Shown: one piece after another, positions 41,706 to 55,124 of the stretch
Layout of the letters: each line of letters starts with the position of its first letter
How positions within the stretch are numbered: position 1 is the first letter of the stretch
DNA from: Halocafeteria seosinensis
Lineage: Eukaryota
Assembly: GCA_001687465.1 (NCBI GenBank)
Contig: LVLI01000084.1
Location: 186,001 to 250,000, forward strand
DNA length: 64,000 nt
Direction: 5' to 3'
The notes under the pieces: generated by a model
Told to the model about the DNA's origin: nothing
Database searches by the model: none
What the model saw: only the letters and a program-made list of their open reading frames with translations
Position numbers and translations under genes: made by a program

Positions 41706-43254
41706 TTAGCGGCAAGCAGCAGTCTGAGATAACATCAGGAGAGTATTTGCGTCACTGACCAAAGAATCTTCACCCTTGGATTGGGCACCTTGGTAGTGAT
41801 ATGGAGAAGGAGAAGCAACACGTTGGTTGATAAATCCATCAGTGCGCGGAAAGAAACCCGTAGTTCCGGCACTAGGAGGGGTTGGAGTTGGGGCTGGACC
41901 TGGGCTCATTCTCCTCATCTTGCTTCCACCGGAAACCTCGTTCATCCTGGCCACTTCGCCCATCGGAGCATAACTTTGAGCAATTCTCTTCTCGGGATAG
42001 GACACGGGATTCGTGGGGACGGTCTGATATTGAGGCATGTTGGAACCCTGCCCTTGCATCCCATTCCCATAGGACGGGTAGCTTCCAGGATAACAAGTTT
42101 GTACAGGCTGCCACTGGGATGTAGGGGGCTGCCAGTTTTGAGGGGCAACAGACTGCTGCTGTTGAATGTACCACTGGCCTGATTGACGAGGGGTTAGAGG
42201 CATCATATAGGGGGTTTGAGAATGCACTGGTACGGTCCCTCGTGGTACTGGAGCAGAGCCGTTCGAGTAATATCCGTACGCCCCCATCTGTTGCTGAGGC
42301 ATTGGCGCTGGAGACGGAAAACCGCTGTTATACCACGGAGACGAGGAAGTTACAATGCCAGATCCTCTGCTCTCGTAGGCACGCATTTCGGACAAAGGAG
42401 CAAGCTTAGGCGCATTGGAGGCCACCTCCGGCTGCCAAGATTCATACATTGGCTCTGAGTTCCTCACGCGCTTCTGCCGACGACGTTGCTTCCTAACCGT
42501 GGCATAGTACCTATTCTTACACTGGAGTTCAGGTCTTCCTTGGAGGAGGGAACTAATGTCTGCAGCATATGGAATATGTCACTGTGGTACTGGTGGATGC
42601 CGTTCGACTTTCCCTACAGTACTTACATGTCCAGCTGGTACCATGCTCCTGGACTGCTCGAAAAAGGATTTCATCTTCTTGCTGACTCCATGGCCCATGG
42701 TTAATCGAAGGATCCAAGTGGTTTCTCCACCGCTCACGAATTGACTTGGGTGTACGATGACGAAGGATTTTATCTGCAACTCACTAAGAGGTACACAAGT
42801 GACCATGCTGGGTGTATAGCCGTAAATTGAACCTCAAGTACTTACCAGACAGCGCCTGCCAGTCGATCGTATCCAGCAAGGTGTTGCAGTTCGGCAGTTT
42901 TACTTGTCGTGTGACTCCCAAAGAGTCAACAAATGTCTTCACTCTCGAAGGTGTTTCGGATGGGCTCTTGTCGGGCAGAGTTTCAGGACTCAGGGGTTCT
43001 GCTCCATCAGTCTCCGTTCCACAATCTTCAGGATCACAGCACGACGACACATCCTTGCTGAACGAGCTACGAGCGCGTGGAATAGAAGAATTTTGCAAAA
43101 CTTGGCCTGCTACGACAGCGCCTGGTAAAATTCCAGGTATCTTCTCCTCTCCGTAGCCCTGGTTGAGCATCCAAATTGCTTCCGCTACGAACTTGTACAC
43201 CAAATCATCTTCATGTTGGTTCCATGCGCGCCTCGGAGTTGACGTTCCACTCAT
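41706..43254 (-). CDS. R2R3-MYB transcription factor with a Q/P-rich C-terminus, 3 exons
   Basis: Spliced: WNQHEDD...IDWQALS|DKILRHRTPKSIRERWRNHLDPSINHGPWSQQEDEILF...SWT|YISSLLQGRPELQCKNRYY. Confidence 0.9.
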
Positions 43255-44160
43255 CGTTGCAATGCTTTATCTTAGAATCCGTTTACTCTTTCTGCAATGT
43301 GATAAAAAGAATCAGTTACACTTGAAGGCTACACGTCACCAAAGAAGGGTGAACGTTATACCCGCGGTGAAGAAAGTTGTCCCATCTCGATGAACACTCC
43401 CTACATACCACCTCGGCTCTCGATCTTCGGAGACCAGGAGAAATGCAAGGCGAACTTTTTAAAACTCCACACGTGGTTAACACCTGACAGGTGTTCAAAG
43501 GATGACGCTCCTTGTTCTTCTGCCTCCAACTCGGCCAGTGAAGTTTCCTCCGGTTTATAACTGCCCAAGAATTAGCCCTTTCCCTTCACTTAAACCCTTC
43601 ACAAGGATCGCCAGGGTACATGAGGACTCTTATACGCCCCTTAGTTAATAGGCGTGTTACTGTTGCTGCGCTCCATACAACGATGGAAACACAGCCGGAG
43701 ACAGAGGAGTCTTTTTGTTCCCCTTGGCTTCCCCTTTGGACTTGAACCCCCCCTTGGGAAGAGGCGGACACCACCACTGCGGAAGCTTTGCCGTGCTACG
43801 ATATCTTTTATGAACGTCATACCGCAGCAGGAGGAGCCACATCACGGCGCGAACGCAGCTACACCACTATAAACACCAGAAAGACACACATACACCGTGT
43901 AAAAGCGTATACAAGGGCCTCCGGAGACCAGGTTTTCTGGCAAGTGTTCGATGGTTTCATCCCTTTGCCACTTCTCTCGGCTTTGTACACTTACCTCACA
44001 AGAGTGAAACTTCCGATACATGCATGCACGAATTCGGTTCAGTATTTGAGGATACTGTTACACGGACCTGACCCCACAATACAATCGCCAAATTTCAGTG
44101 TAGTGGGGCCGAGAATAGGGGAACACGGTGGAAGCGCATGCATTCAGCCGATGGCACTGA

Positions 44161-45270
44161 ATCGATCCGCCCATCCATCTCGGTCTGTCCTCGTCGTCCC
44201 CCTCAGGCGGAACTGCTCCTTCCCCACACGTTGCAATTTCTCCGCGGGTTGACTCCAGGACTGGTCGAGCAGACTATGCAGGAGCCATTGGACGACTCTC
44301 CATTCTAATGAGACCATGTTGCTTCTTGATATCGGCAACAGAAGGAGCTAGGATGGAGTTCCAACTGAGAAAGGAAGCAAAGTGGAGGCTGAAACAGTCA
44401 ACTTGAAGTGCTGTTTTCCGACAAAAAGAGCGCCTGTTACAAGCAAGTACATCGTTACCCCCTGTTCAAATTTTGCAGAAAGCCTATGATCCCCTTTCCA
44501 GGACATCATTGCTACGTATGTGATAAAACGATGGCCTCCTAGTGGCGGAGGAAATTCACTAGTCGCTGAATGAATCTGAATGAATTGACTTGAACCCAGC
44601 CGTAAAGCGGAGATGTCCACATTGTACAGTTCCACCTTGAAGATTCCGCAAGAGAGAGAGGAAGACGGCGAGAAGCAGGTTTTAAATACATTTAACCCCT
44701 CTGCAGCAGAACAGACAGTCGTTGTCATTCCCGTAAGTGGAAGAGATCAGCCGCTCTTTCAGATGAGCTCCTCGAAATGGTGGATAGACATGATGACACA
44801 ATTGTGCTGGATGTAGAACTCCCGCGACGAGGCCGATCGTCGAAGACGAGAGCGCAGGCCTGGTGTAGAACAATGGGAGAAAATTTACCCAGCATGTACA
44901 AGACGGTGTACAAAGTGCTCGTACTTTGGATATACAGGGAAGCGTACATACATGAGCAATGGATTCGCCGCGGTTCTCAGTCATGGTTTGTACGACACAG
45001 TTACATTCCTGGGGGATGAGCCTTCGCGTGCTTGTCGGAGATAACTATGAGCAGCTCAGCTAAAGCTTTCAACTGCAGAGCCATTCTCGATTCGAATTTC
45101 ATAATGCGGCTAAATGTTGTGCGCAGCGTTGTTTGCGCGGTGTTACTACTGGTGCTGCAGGATGAATGTGGCTCCATGGCCAGCATGTTGGTCTGGAGTA
45201 GAGCAAAGCAGGGAGCTAGAGTGTGGCTCTAAATAAATACTGCTTGCTAGTTTGAAGAACCGAATTGGGT
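44161..45270 (+). pseudogene. Possible decayed gene relic
   Basis: Frame open 44161-44403 (81 codons), TGA at 44404, open again to a GTATGT donor at 44516. Downstream is protein-like text broken by stops. No family recognised. Confidence 0.3.
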
Positions 45271-45378
45271 ACATTGTGTGGGAGCCCAAACGTTCAAGTT
45301 AAATCCTGAACGTAAAACCATCGTTCTGTGGAACAAGTTTGGTACATCCAAGCAGCCATCCGGAACTTCACAGATCCA

Positions 45379-46347
45379 TTATAGTTCATTACTTCTGTGG
45401 TAACTCAATTCCATCCGGATCCGCCACCAGGGGATCCCGATGGAATTGACTGCAATCTATGTCATTCCGAATTTGCTTCAGGATTTCTCTAAACGTGTTA
45501 CTGATACTATCAATTACAGTCTTGTCATCCTCAACGGAGAGCCAAATTTCAATCCTCCAATTACGACTCTGTAGTCAAGAGACGATCCTAATAGTTGATA
45601 TAGCAGAACGGAATCAAGGATCAAAGCCACTCACCTTCTTCTGAAGCATTTGGATACCTGTTACATATTCTGAATAAGGGCAGGATTCGCCAATCAAAGT
45701 CAAAGCAAGGTACTCCCACAGCTTGTCCCAGAAGTTGTCCATCGGCGCTTTCACTGTGCAGATGCAGAGTGTAACCACCAATGATAAATGATGCACTTCG
45801 ACGATAAGGATAATCGAACGCTCACCTTTATCAGTTGTTTCGTACGTGAGCCTTAGTTTATTGGGTTTCGTACCATCCTCTAGTTTGTGTTCCTGAAGAG
45901 GGGGGATTGCTTCGCGGAAGAACGATAGTTGCGACACACTATACGTCATTCGCTCCGTAGTTCCGTCTACATCAACGTCGGCAGTGATTCTGAAAGGTCC
46001 TTTTTCCTGGTTGGTAACCTTGAACAATTGGCTGCAAGAAAAGGCAAACAGAGGAGCATGGGTTTTCAGGAGAAAATTTAGTTAGCAGTTCGGTTCCCTT
46101 ACCTTGGCTTTGGTATATGAGCCCAGCAAGCCCAGAACTTTTCAACAGTATCAAAGCTACATATGCGCTCAACACTGGCCTTCCACCCAAGTTTAACGGT
46201 GTCTTTATCGTCTGGGTGTCTCTTGACATTGTCTCGTTTCCAGTGTACACTCCAAGAATCCTGTAGTTTATGTTGCTTTTGTGGTTGCTGCTTTCCATCT
46301 GTAGGAGCAGTGCTGGTCGTTTCGGTGGAGGTGGTCGTGGAAGCCAT
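45379..46347 (-). CDS. EIF4E: eIF4E-family protein, atypical, 4 exons (46347-46103, 46031-45826, 45753-45635, 45568-45379)
   Basis: HKLQDSW, GWKAS, SFDTVEKFW, LSFFREAIPPLQE, WDKLWEYLALTLIGE, VTGI and RIEIW. Confidence 0.9.
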
Positions 46348-47255
46348 TTTCACTCTAACGTATCGTGTGTTGACAACAGAAAAAAAGGCGCCTAATGCTA
46401 ATGCCACCGAAGTATAAAGTTCTCTGTGTTCGGCTCGTTTCTGTGTCAGTCTCCTCGTGTTTCCCAAGCGAAACAAGAGGGGGAATAGTGCGTTTTCGTA
46501 AGCGATCACTCACAGAACCGCAAGATTATTTATCTAAGTACCTTTCGACGCTCCGTTATATCAACTCCTGGACGAAACACTCTCTGTAAAAGCTTTCAGA
46601 GGCAAAAAAAGTTCCACGCTTTCAGGAGAAGAAATGTTTGCTCGGTCGAGAAGGAAGCGCACAATTCCCATCTAATCCAGTTATGCAGGTACGCAATGGA
46701 ACGACCGAACCATGCCATACGATATAAAGATTCTCTGGCTTTTTTCAACAGAGTATGTGTGCAAGATGAATAGGTAGTCTCGTTCTTCCCGCGTCCCCGA
46801 GGCGTCGGCTGTCTCCGATCAGTTTTTGAGCTCTTCTACATAGCTCTAGTGCAGTGTTAGCCCATCCCCCTGTCCCATGTAGCAGTAAATTACACTATAC
46901 ATTCTCCTTTTGTAACAATTGCCTATAAATCGCCCCAGGACGACAGGAGTAAGATCCTGCCCTGGATGTTTTTGTAGTTTTGGCGCCCCCTTTGGCACCC
47001 CCTTCAAGTCGATCGGGGGCACCCCCATTGGTGTCTCGCCCGTCAACAAAAATAGATGATAATACAATGCGAGGATAGGAAATATATCCTGCCATAAGCA
47101 CTCTTGCATAACCTGGGTAACAGAACATTGTATTGCCAGTGGACTACGGTGTGTTAGTTCATTTTCAAGCATTTTTTAAGAGGAGAGGAATTCGTCTCCT
47201 TATTTACATCATACACAGTCTCTTCAGAGGTCTTTTTCCTATATATACAGTCAAA
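46348..47255. promoter_or_regulatory. Putative bidirectional promoter between eIF4E and CBP80
   Basis: 908-bp gap between divergent starts; C-run/G-run cluster at 46986-47031 and several short stems. Confidence 0.45.
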
Positions 47256-50200
47256 ATGGAGGCTGATACCACCGGTGAAGGGGATCAACATATGAGTACC
47301 GACTCGCAGATGGGAGAAAATGGCGCCGCAGTCTCTGAGGAAGTAAGAGAGACGAGTGGAAATGAAGGGGCTGTAGAAGAGCCTTATGGCGCTACAGATA
47401 CCTCTATGGAAGGTGCCTTGGGTGACAAACACGACCGCCCCCATGGAGAAGATGGACAGAATGCTGGCGAGGAGAGACCTCAAAAACAGCGGCGCAAAAT
47501 GGACCAAAATCATCCCAAACCCAACCCGGATACTGCTGCGCAGGAGTTTGTCAGAAGGCCACGGATAGTAAATCCTGAAGAGAAGCTGAAGGATATAGAC
47601 GAAGATGTGCACCAGAGCTATGATGAACGCAACACGAGGACTGCGTTGCTTCTCATCGGGGAAACCCAGAAAGGGGCGGCCCGAGAAGAGACCCTCTTTC
47701 GCACTGCTCGAGAGCTTCACATGAACATGGACAACAATTGGGATGTCTTGGTCAAGACTCTTGTGGACTGGTAAGTTAAAAGTCATTAGTGAGGTAAACG
47801 TTGAGTTGCCTAGTACCGTCTGATTCCATACGTGCCCACTTCAGTGCCACGGAAATTCCAGGGAGGGTCTGTGAATACGCGGCCTTGGTTAGTATGATCG
47901 TGCAGCTGCAGTCGAAGGGCACAACGGATGCGGATCTCGCCCATCTAAAACGGTTTCGAGATCAATGTGAAAAGAGCAAAGCACCGATACGACATTGGGA
48001 AAGTTGCTTGGACCTTGTCTCAGATGACAAGGTTGATAAGAGCGACAGTGGCTTTGCAGGAGCTGTGCTCACCGTTTTATTTGCTCGTTTCTGGAATGCC
48101 GTCAAGGACTTCAATTTACATGAGTGTCGCAGTATACTAAGATTTCTGTGTGAGTTGGTGGCGTCTAGGGTCCTGCGGGTCGAAGCGTTCATGTCGTTTC
48201 TAGTTAAGCTCCTGGAGAGCACGAACGATCCCGATTTTACGGTGAGATCCTATCATTGTTGCTATTTGGTACTTTCCGCTTTGGTATGGCTTGGAGATGT
48301 GTTGCTGGAGGGTGAATTGTTATCTGAAGAAGAAATTGCTGCTGGAAGAAGTGCAATGACGGACGCTTTAGATAGATGTACTAGCTTCGTCACAGCGGCA
48401 ATTGTACACTACCGCTCTGTTCCGGACGAGTTGCGAACGTTGACTGACGCTTCAAGAGGAGCAGGAGCCACTCGTCGGCTTGAACAATCGGCTCTCTGCT
48501 GCGTTTGGCAAGCAGCTTATTCCAGTGTGCACAACTCGAATGCCAATCCAATAGTTCATAGGGTATCAAATTTAGTGAAGGATCAGCTTTGCGGCAAACA
48601 GTTACCAGAAGACATCGTCTTACCAGTGTACTCGTGGTTGTGGACTGAAGACAAGGACGCAATAGAGTCTATCGGGGGCCGCCTTGGGATACAGACCGAG
48701 GCATCGGCATTACAATATGTTGTGTATCCCCATTCCTCAGTCGTTACTCTTGTGGGACCAAGCTTGGAATTAGTGAGCCAGCAAGTACAGGACTCGAATT
48801 TGGAAAACAATCATCCCCACGGGATGAGTGTAGCGCTATCCAGCACTGATGCTGTTGCGGGTGCATTGGGCTTGAGAACTTCCTTCCAACGACTCTCCCT
48901 TCTGTGGACATCGCGCAGTATGATCGATGAGACTATCCATTCCCACTATCCCTTCCATACTGATGCAGCTGCAGCTATATTCTCCCTCGAAGACTATCTA
49001 TCGGAAGTTCCCGTAATTGTTCTTGCCATCGAGCAGCTGTTGCTCCCACTTTGCGCCTTGGAGAATACTGCCACACGCTATCACAGTGCCTATTATGTTG
49101 CTGTGCTAGTCGATATCATGGTTCATGATGTCTCTCAGAGAGAGAGACGTCAACAGCGTATGGAGGAAAGGGTCCAGGAAGGGAAGCGCCTTCATGATCA
49201 AGAATGCTCCGCCTCCGATGCATTTGGAATATACATGAGAATATTATTTAAGCGGCTTCCGTGGTTAGGAAATCACGTATGGAAAGCCATCAGTAAATCG
49301 CTCAGCCATTACCTCAACAATGCGGACTATAACTTTATCTGGAGCGAGTGGATGCACGTGTTTGATTTATCATATTATGGTTTCGAGAGTGGAGCTGCCA
49401 AAAACACCCTTAATAGAAAGACGCTTCGATCTAGAGCAGGGGAAATTTTGAATGCGAACGTCGCTACAGAAGACACAGAAGGAGTGTCGCCGGCATCTTG
49501 CTTTCTTGCTTTAGTAATGAACCGATGTCCCTCGCTGACGGAGGAACTGCACCAACGTACTGCAAGGGCACTAGCGCTTCAGGTGGATCCTCAGTACCAA
49601 CTAGTAAGAGGATTGCTCAACCATGTCGCGGCGTACATGGGTACCTGGCAGCGGGTCGATAATTGTGGGAAAATTTTCCCGCGCGGTTGTTCAAGCTTGG
49701 TTCCCGCAGTGTACCCCGAAGCAGTGAATGTTTGTAGTGTTTCAGAGGAGATCAGAACAGAGCTTCTTAACAGGTTAAGGAGAAAAGAAGACGAGTTAAC
49801 CTTAGGAACTTGGTTATGGAGTCTCTCCGATGAACAAAATAGCGATGTTGTTCAGGCGTGTGTGTGGCGAGCGCGACTATTATTTGATACAATCATCGTA
49901 TATGGCCAGACGACGTACAGGAACATCCGGATCTTGATAGGGAGGTACACCAAGCTACTCAGAGCTTTTCTTACTTGTAGAGTTACTGAAGCTAAAGACG
50001 GCGGCTCTGTTTACCAATCATTGTCTCAGTCTGTCAATGCGGAGGGGGAAGATATCGGGCCCTTCCTGCTCGTCGAACGCGAAGTCTGCGCTTTTGGAAG
50101 TTTGGAGAACATGATGATAACCTTTCATGAAAATGGTCCACGTCCCGAGGACCCGCTTCCTGATGAAATGCAACTGAAAGAAGCCTATTCAACGGGTGGC

Positions 50201-51151
50201 GAACGCAATGAGAATGGTGAGGTGGTTGCAAATATTTATCGCCTATGTCATCAGCTTTGGGCTACGAAAATACCAGAAGCTGCAGAAACAGACATCTGTG
50301 CGGAGTTGGCTACAGTAGGATTTGCCGGCCGTGTCTCTACTGTCGTGCTGCAACAGTGTATTGAGTGTTGTGCAATGAGTCCCGAATCCGCGATACAAGT
50401 TATTGGTTCCCAGGGTGGACCCACTGCAGTTTGGTTGGAATGGTCGGTTGCAAACATCGGTGTTTACAGTAGCATGGCGGCTATTCCCAACGACACCTGG
50501 GAGAGTCTTTTCTACGTTCTTGAAATAGCCCATGGTGAACGAGATTCTGCCCACGATGCTTTACAAAGAGTGCAAAATTTGACATTGCATTCTGAGGAAG
50601 AACTGAATAATATGAGCTCGGAAACCGAAACGGAGCAATCAGCTGAGTTGACTAATCAGACTCACTATTTCCGTCACAAACAAGCCCATGCTGCAGCGAG
50701 AGTCAAAAGGGCAAATCTCCAGTGGCACAAGTGTATCGTAGCTGCGTTAGAATCATTTCTCAGGTTGCATTACCAGGTCGTTCAAGCTTTGGAGAACACT
50801 GTTAGCTCCGGAAACTCAGAACATAATCTAGAAGAAACTGCTCTGCTAGAAGTGTTGATTTCCTCTTATTGGTCTATCCAAGACCAAGCGAACCACTTCT
50901 TGAAGAAGTGGGGACCAGAGGTGGCGGAAAGTACATCCGCCGTCAAAAACCAGGGTGGTATTGGTGAATTGCTGATTGGTGCATTAGAAGCGTATTCGTC
51001 TACGAATGCTCAGAAAGGGGTTATCCATGATGTTGAACTAGAGAAAATACTTCCTCTAGTAAAAAAGATTGTTCATTCTTGCAAAATTACTTTTGATTGC
51101 CGGCATGGAAGATGTCTCAAACGAGATGAAGGTGTGCCATATTTGTTATAA
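47256..51151 (+). CDS. NCBP1: Nuclear cap-binding protein subunit 1 (CBP80), divergent and expanded, 2 exons (intron 47771-47844)
   Basis: RTALLLIGE...VKTLVD|CATEIPGRVCEYAALVSMI (MIF4G start), ILRFLCELV, YLVLSALVW and LSHYLNNADYNFIWSEW (compare FSHHLSNFQFRWSWEDW). Confidence 0.8.
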
Positions 51152-51211
51152 TCGCGCAATACATTAGTCCTTATGGAATCTCCACAGCTCAAATACCCGA
51201 TGATTGTGTAT

Positions 51212-54200
51212 TTAGTCAGAGGACATTGCACGGATGTCATTCTGCTTTTTATTCCTCGCCTCTCTAGAGAAAGTACTATTTCTTACTAAAGATTCCGCAT
51301 GCAAATCGCCATCCCATTCACCGTCGTAAGAACTGGGTACATGCTCTCCTAACCCTCTCTTTGCCCGATCTTCTCCACGAGCCGTGGAATGTTTTAGCAC
51401 TCGGGCTGGAGAGGGTGCGAACTTGGCGAAAACATCTTTGTCTCGTTCATCATATTCGAAGTTTCTCGAAGGAGATGAGACGGAACCTTGTGCAAACGGA
51501 TTGGACATTGAATTGCCTTTCGTTCGGGGAGGAGTGGATACTTGAGTTTCAGAAAGGTGTCCATCGTTCAAGTTTCGCGAAGTCTTACTAGACGGCTCGT
51601 CTAAGTCAACCTCGCTATACCTCTTGGAATAGGAATAACGAGCCGAGCGTGAGCTTGGAGGTCTGCCTGGTGGATTATTGCCATTCTCGTCAGGACTGTC
51701 AAACGCGGACCGTTTCTGAACCATATCGTTGACTAGTTTACTTAATTCTGCGACCTTCTGTTTTGTTTCCGCTAACTCTTGACTGTTTGATTGAGCTGCA
51801 GCATCGTTATTTCCGTTGCCAAAGGTGTTCTGCTCCTGGTGTCGAGCTATTCGCAAAGCATGGAGACGTGTCATAAGACCTCGGTGATTAGCTTTCGTGG
51901 CAAATTGAACGGCGAGTTCATGGGCCTTGGGGGTGACGAGCTTCGTGCACAATTGGAAGGCAGCCGCGACAGCGTCCACCTTGATCAAGTTTCCGACTTG
52001 TTTTAATATTCTCTTATCAAGTTTCTTTTCCTTCTTCGTGACTTCACTGGCTAAGTCTTCGTTACTTGAGAAACCCACACCGAATGGTCCAACATAAGAA
52101 ACGTCTCCTGAAAGGTCGGGATCGTCGGTATCGACATTATCACTAACGTCCAGACGGATCCCAATATGTCCGGCCCAGCGCAGCATGTCCAGGTTCAATC
52201 TTTCAATTATGCACTTTCCAATCTCTTGCTGGTTTTCGACAGACAAAGCAGAGACTGCTCCTCCGAAGCAATGAGCGCGTGTTGCTTCGAATGAGGTCTT
52301 TGAAACCAAAGGAGTGCTCTTCCCTGAAGGAGCACATCGCGGAGCTTGCTGGCCCTGCTTCAGTAGGACGCTGATTAGCGAATCGTCCTTTAACCCAAGA
52401 ACAAAATGGCGATCTGAAGACTTTCCAGTAGATTTCGTATCCAGCAGTGGCATCCATAGCCAACCGTTCGGAGGGCATAGAGAGTTCAGTATGCCAAAGT
52501 CGTCCATTAAACAAAACAGACCAGAGGGTGTGAAGCCTGCCCATTCTATTCTTCGCTCGCCCTGTACAGGCGAAGCGACGGTGCCAAGATGCACGGGGTA
52601 ACTCCCTATCGGGAAATTGGGAGCTATGCCGGAGACCCCATCAATACCTCCAAGCGAGAAAACATCTTCCATTGAAGCAATGCAGGAAGACTGAAGAGTA
52701 GTGTTTCGGGAGTCTGGGCATGCGAAAAGAGAACACTGGACAGTACCGCCGTTTGAGAAACAAATTCCTAGCAAGGAACCAACAGCGTTCATAGTGATTG
52801 TTGGCCCGGATAGCGAGAGCGCAGCCATCTCAATTCCAGAAGTGCCCCAAATTCGAAGCCTGTATGTTTCTGTTTCGCAGTAGTGAGACGTTACCGCGAC
52901 GGCTACAGCAACCCATTCTCTTCCCACAGCTATATTTTGTGGTATTTCTCCAGACGGTAGCGCAACATCCCAAATGGAGTCATCACCACCTGACCAAGAA
53001 TGAAAATTGCGAAAGCGCAGTTGACACGGTTCGTCATCATCAGGCGTAGTAGTTGCAAATGCGACTCCAGCTTCTCCGATGCCAGCTATTTCGTAGCCGA
53101 CATCGTCCACGAAACGAATTGAGCTGCAAGGGATTCGAAGAGCGTGTCATACACTGGTAAGATACAGGAATGTATACCAGTGCACTTACCTTCCTCGGTT
53201 TATGTCAGTAAATGCGATTTCCAGACGATGGTTTCCTGCGGTATCCGTTATGGAGATCACCCGCACATCCGGAGTCCAAGCTAGATACCTCCACTTTGTA
53301 CCACCCATGCCCACAGTGGCATGCTCCTTCGATATACTTCCGGGTTGAAATGGCTCTTGAACGCTATACGGGGGAGACGCAGCGTAGGCAGCGTCGTCTG
53401 GATTGTAGATTTCACCATGCATAGTACTCTCAGTCTCATGAAACTTATCCTGTTTCTCACGAGCCATATGCTCGCCACCTGATTCCGTAGCTGTTGTGTT
53501 CTCTGTGTCCTTTACCATAGTTACAGAATCTTGTTCTGAAGCAGTTACCTTTGGCATTGACGGGACCTCATTGAGTATTTCAGGGTTACGTATACGCTTC
53601 CTCCTCGAGCGAGAAGATGGACAAACGTCTTCCTCTTCGTCATCTTCATCCTCTCGTTGCTGCTGCTCCATTTCATTCTCCTCGCCATTATCCTCGTGTG
53701 CCTCTGATTCTACCATTTTGGAAAAGTGCGCATCGAGCTCTTCGTCTCCAAGAGTATAACTCAACCTGGTCTGAAGCAGCTCCCATTCTCGTTCAGCCAA
53801 CTCGGAGTCCGTCGGGGAGCCCCAAGCCTTTTCATCTACGGGAGAAAACCTTGCTAACCATCCGTCGTTATCGACGACAGAAGCGTAATTATGGGATGGG
53901 TGCCATGAAATATCGCTAACAGCGTTTCCGTCATTATCAGAAAGGTCTTCCGAATTGCTATTGTAGAACGTGTCCGCACATACCTGCTTTGCAGCATGCC
54001 ACACTTTTATCTGTAGGCACAATAATAGAAGAGAAGGAGAATAAGAGGGAATTCAGTCTCGAAAAGCTTAATGACGTACCTCGGGAATGACAGATTTATC
54101 ACTTGTTAGAAGGAATAGACCGTTCGGGCTCCAGCACGCCAACGTAGTCTCCTTACTATGCCCAGCCAAACGGAAGCTTTCTTGGAGGCTTTGCTGCTGA

Positions 54201-55124
54201 TACTCAAAGTGAAGCATAAGCACATCCTTTAACCCAGTTACAGCAATAAACGATGACTCTTTGCGAGGATTCCACGCCAACGTCCACTGGTTAGATGAAC
54301 TCAGCTTTGGTAGGTTCTTGCGTTCCATAATTAAGTAGGAACCTACTTCTTTAGGGGTACCTCCTGAGATGTCAAAGACTCTGCAGTATCCATCATATCC
54401 AAGTGTTGCAAGAAGGTTTTCTTGCGGAGCCCATGTTGCGTCACGTATACAAAAGTTATTGTGACCCACAAATTGGGTCTGTTTCTTCGTCTCGGTATTC
54501 AGTAAGAACGCTTCTCCGCCAAACGTAGCAATAAAGCTGCAGATAAACAGCAAAACGCATTATGCATTGATAAATTAATCCTCTGCTGATAGTAGGTGCT
54601 TACATAATGCTACCGGAAGGAGATATTTCCAAGGAAGAAATGCCTGTAGTGGTTCGTAGCAAGTTTGCTTCCATCGAGAGATCTTTGAGTTTGCGCAAAG
54701 ACACATCACATCCACTTCGCAGAAGCGTGTCAGAACTCATTGAATCAGTGACGGCTTTAATTGGTTCAGCGACTACGAGTTTCGTGTCATCGTCCGCTGT
54801 GTGTCCCGGAGAAGCCTCTCCATTGTCACTGGAATGTCTTTGAAATCGTGAGTTAACTGACAGTTGCAAGACTGGTGTTTCGCCGTCGACCGGTTTGTAT
54901 TGGACGTCTGGTTCATTCGATACGCCCACTTGGGAAAGTGAATCATCGCTGTTGTGGTGCTGGGGTGTCTCAAAAAACGCGAATAAAGAACCAATGTCCC
55001 CTGGAAATCCACCTGTGTACAAAGTTCCCGTGGGCGCGTAGCCTACGTACGCCGGTCCTTCATCGAAGAGGCGCGTACGACACCGCGTGAGCGTTGCCAC
55101 ATGATCTTCAGGTGAAGATGGCAT
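51212..55124 (-). CDS. WDHD1: CTF4/AND-1 replisome hub (WD40 + SepB domain), 4 exons
   Basis: N-terminal WD40 repeats, an acidic linker, QEPFQPGS...RYLAW, FRNFHSW...W, IEWAGFTPSG...DDFGIL...WMPLLD, and a helical bundle. Confidence 0.88.
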
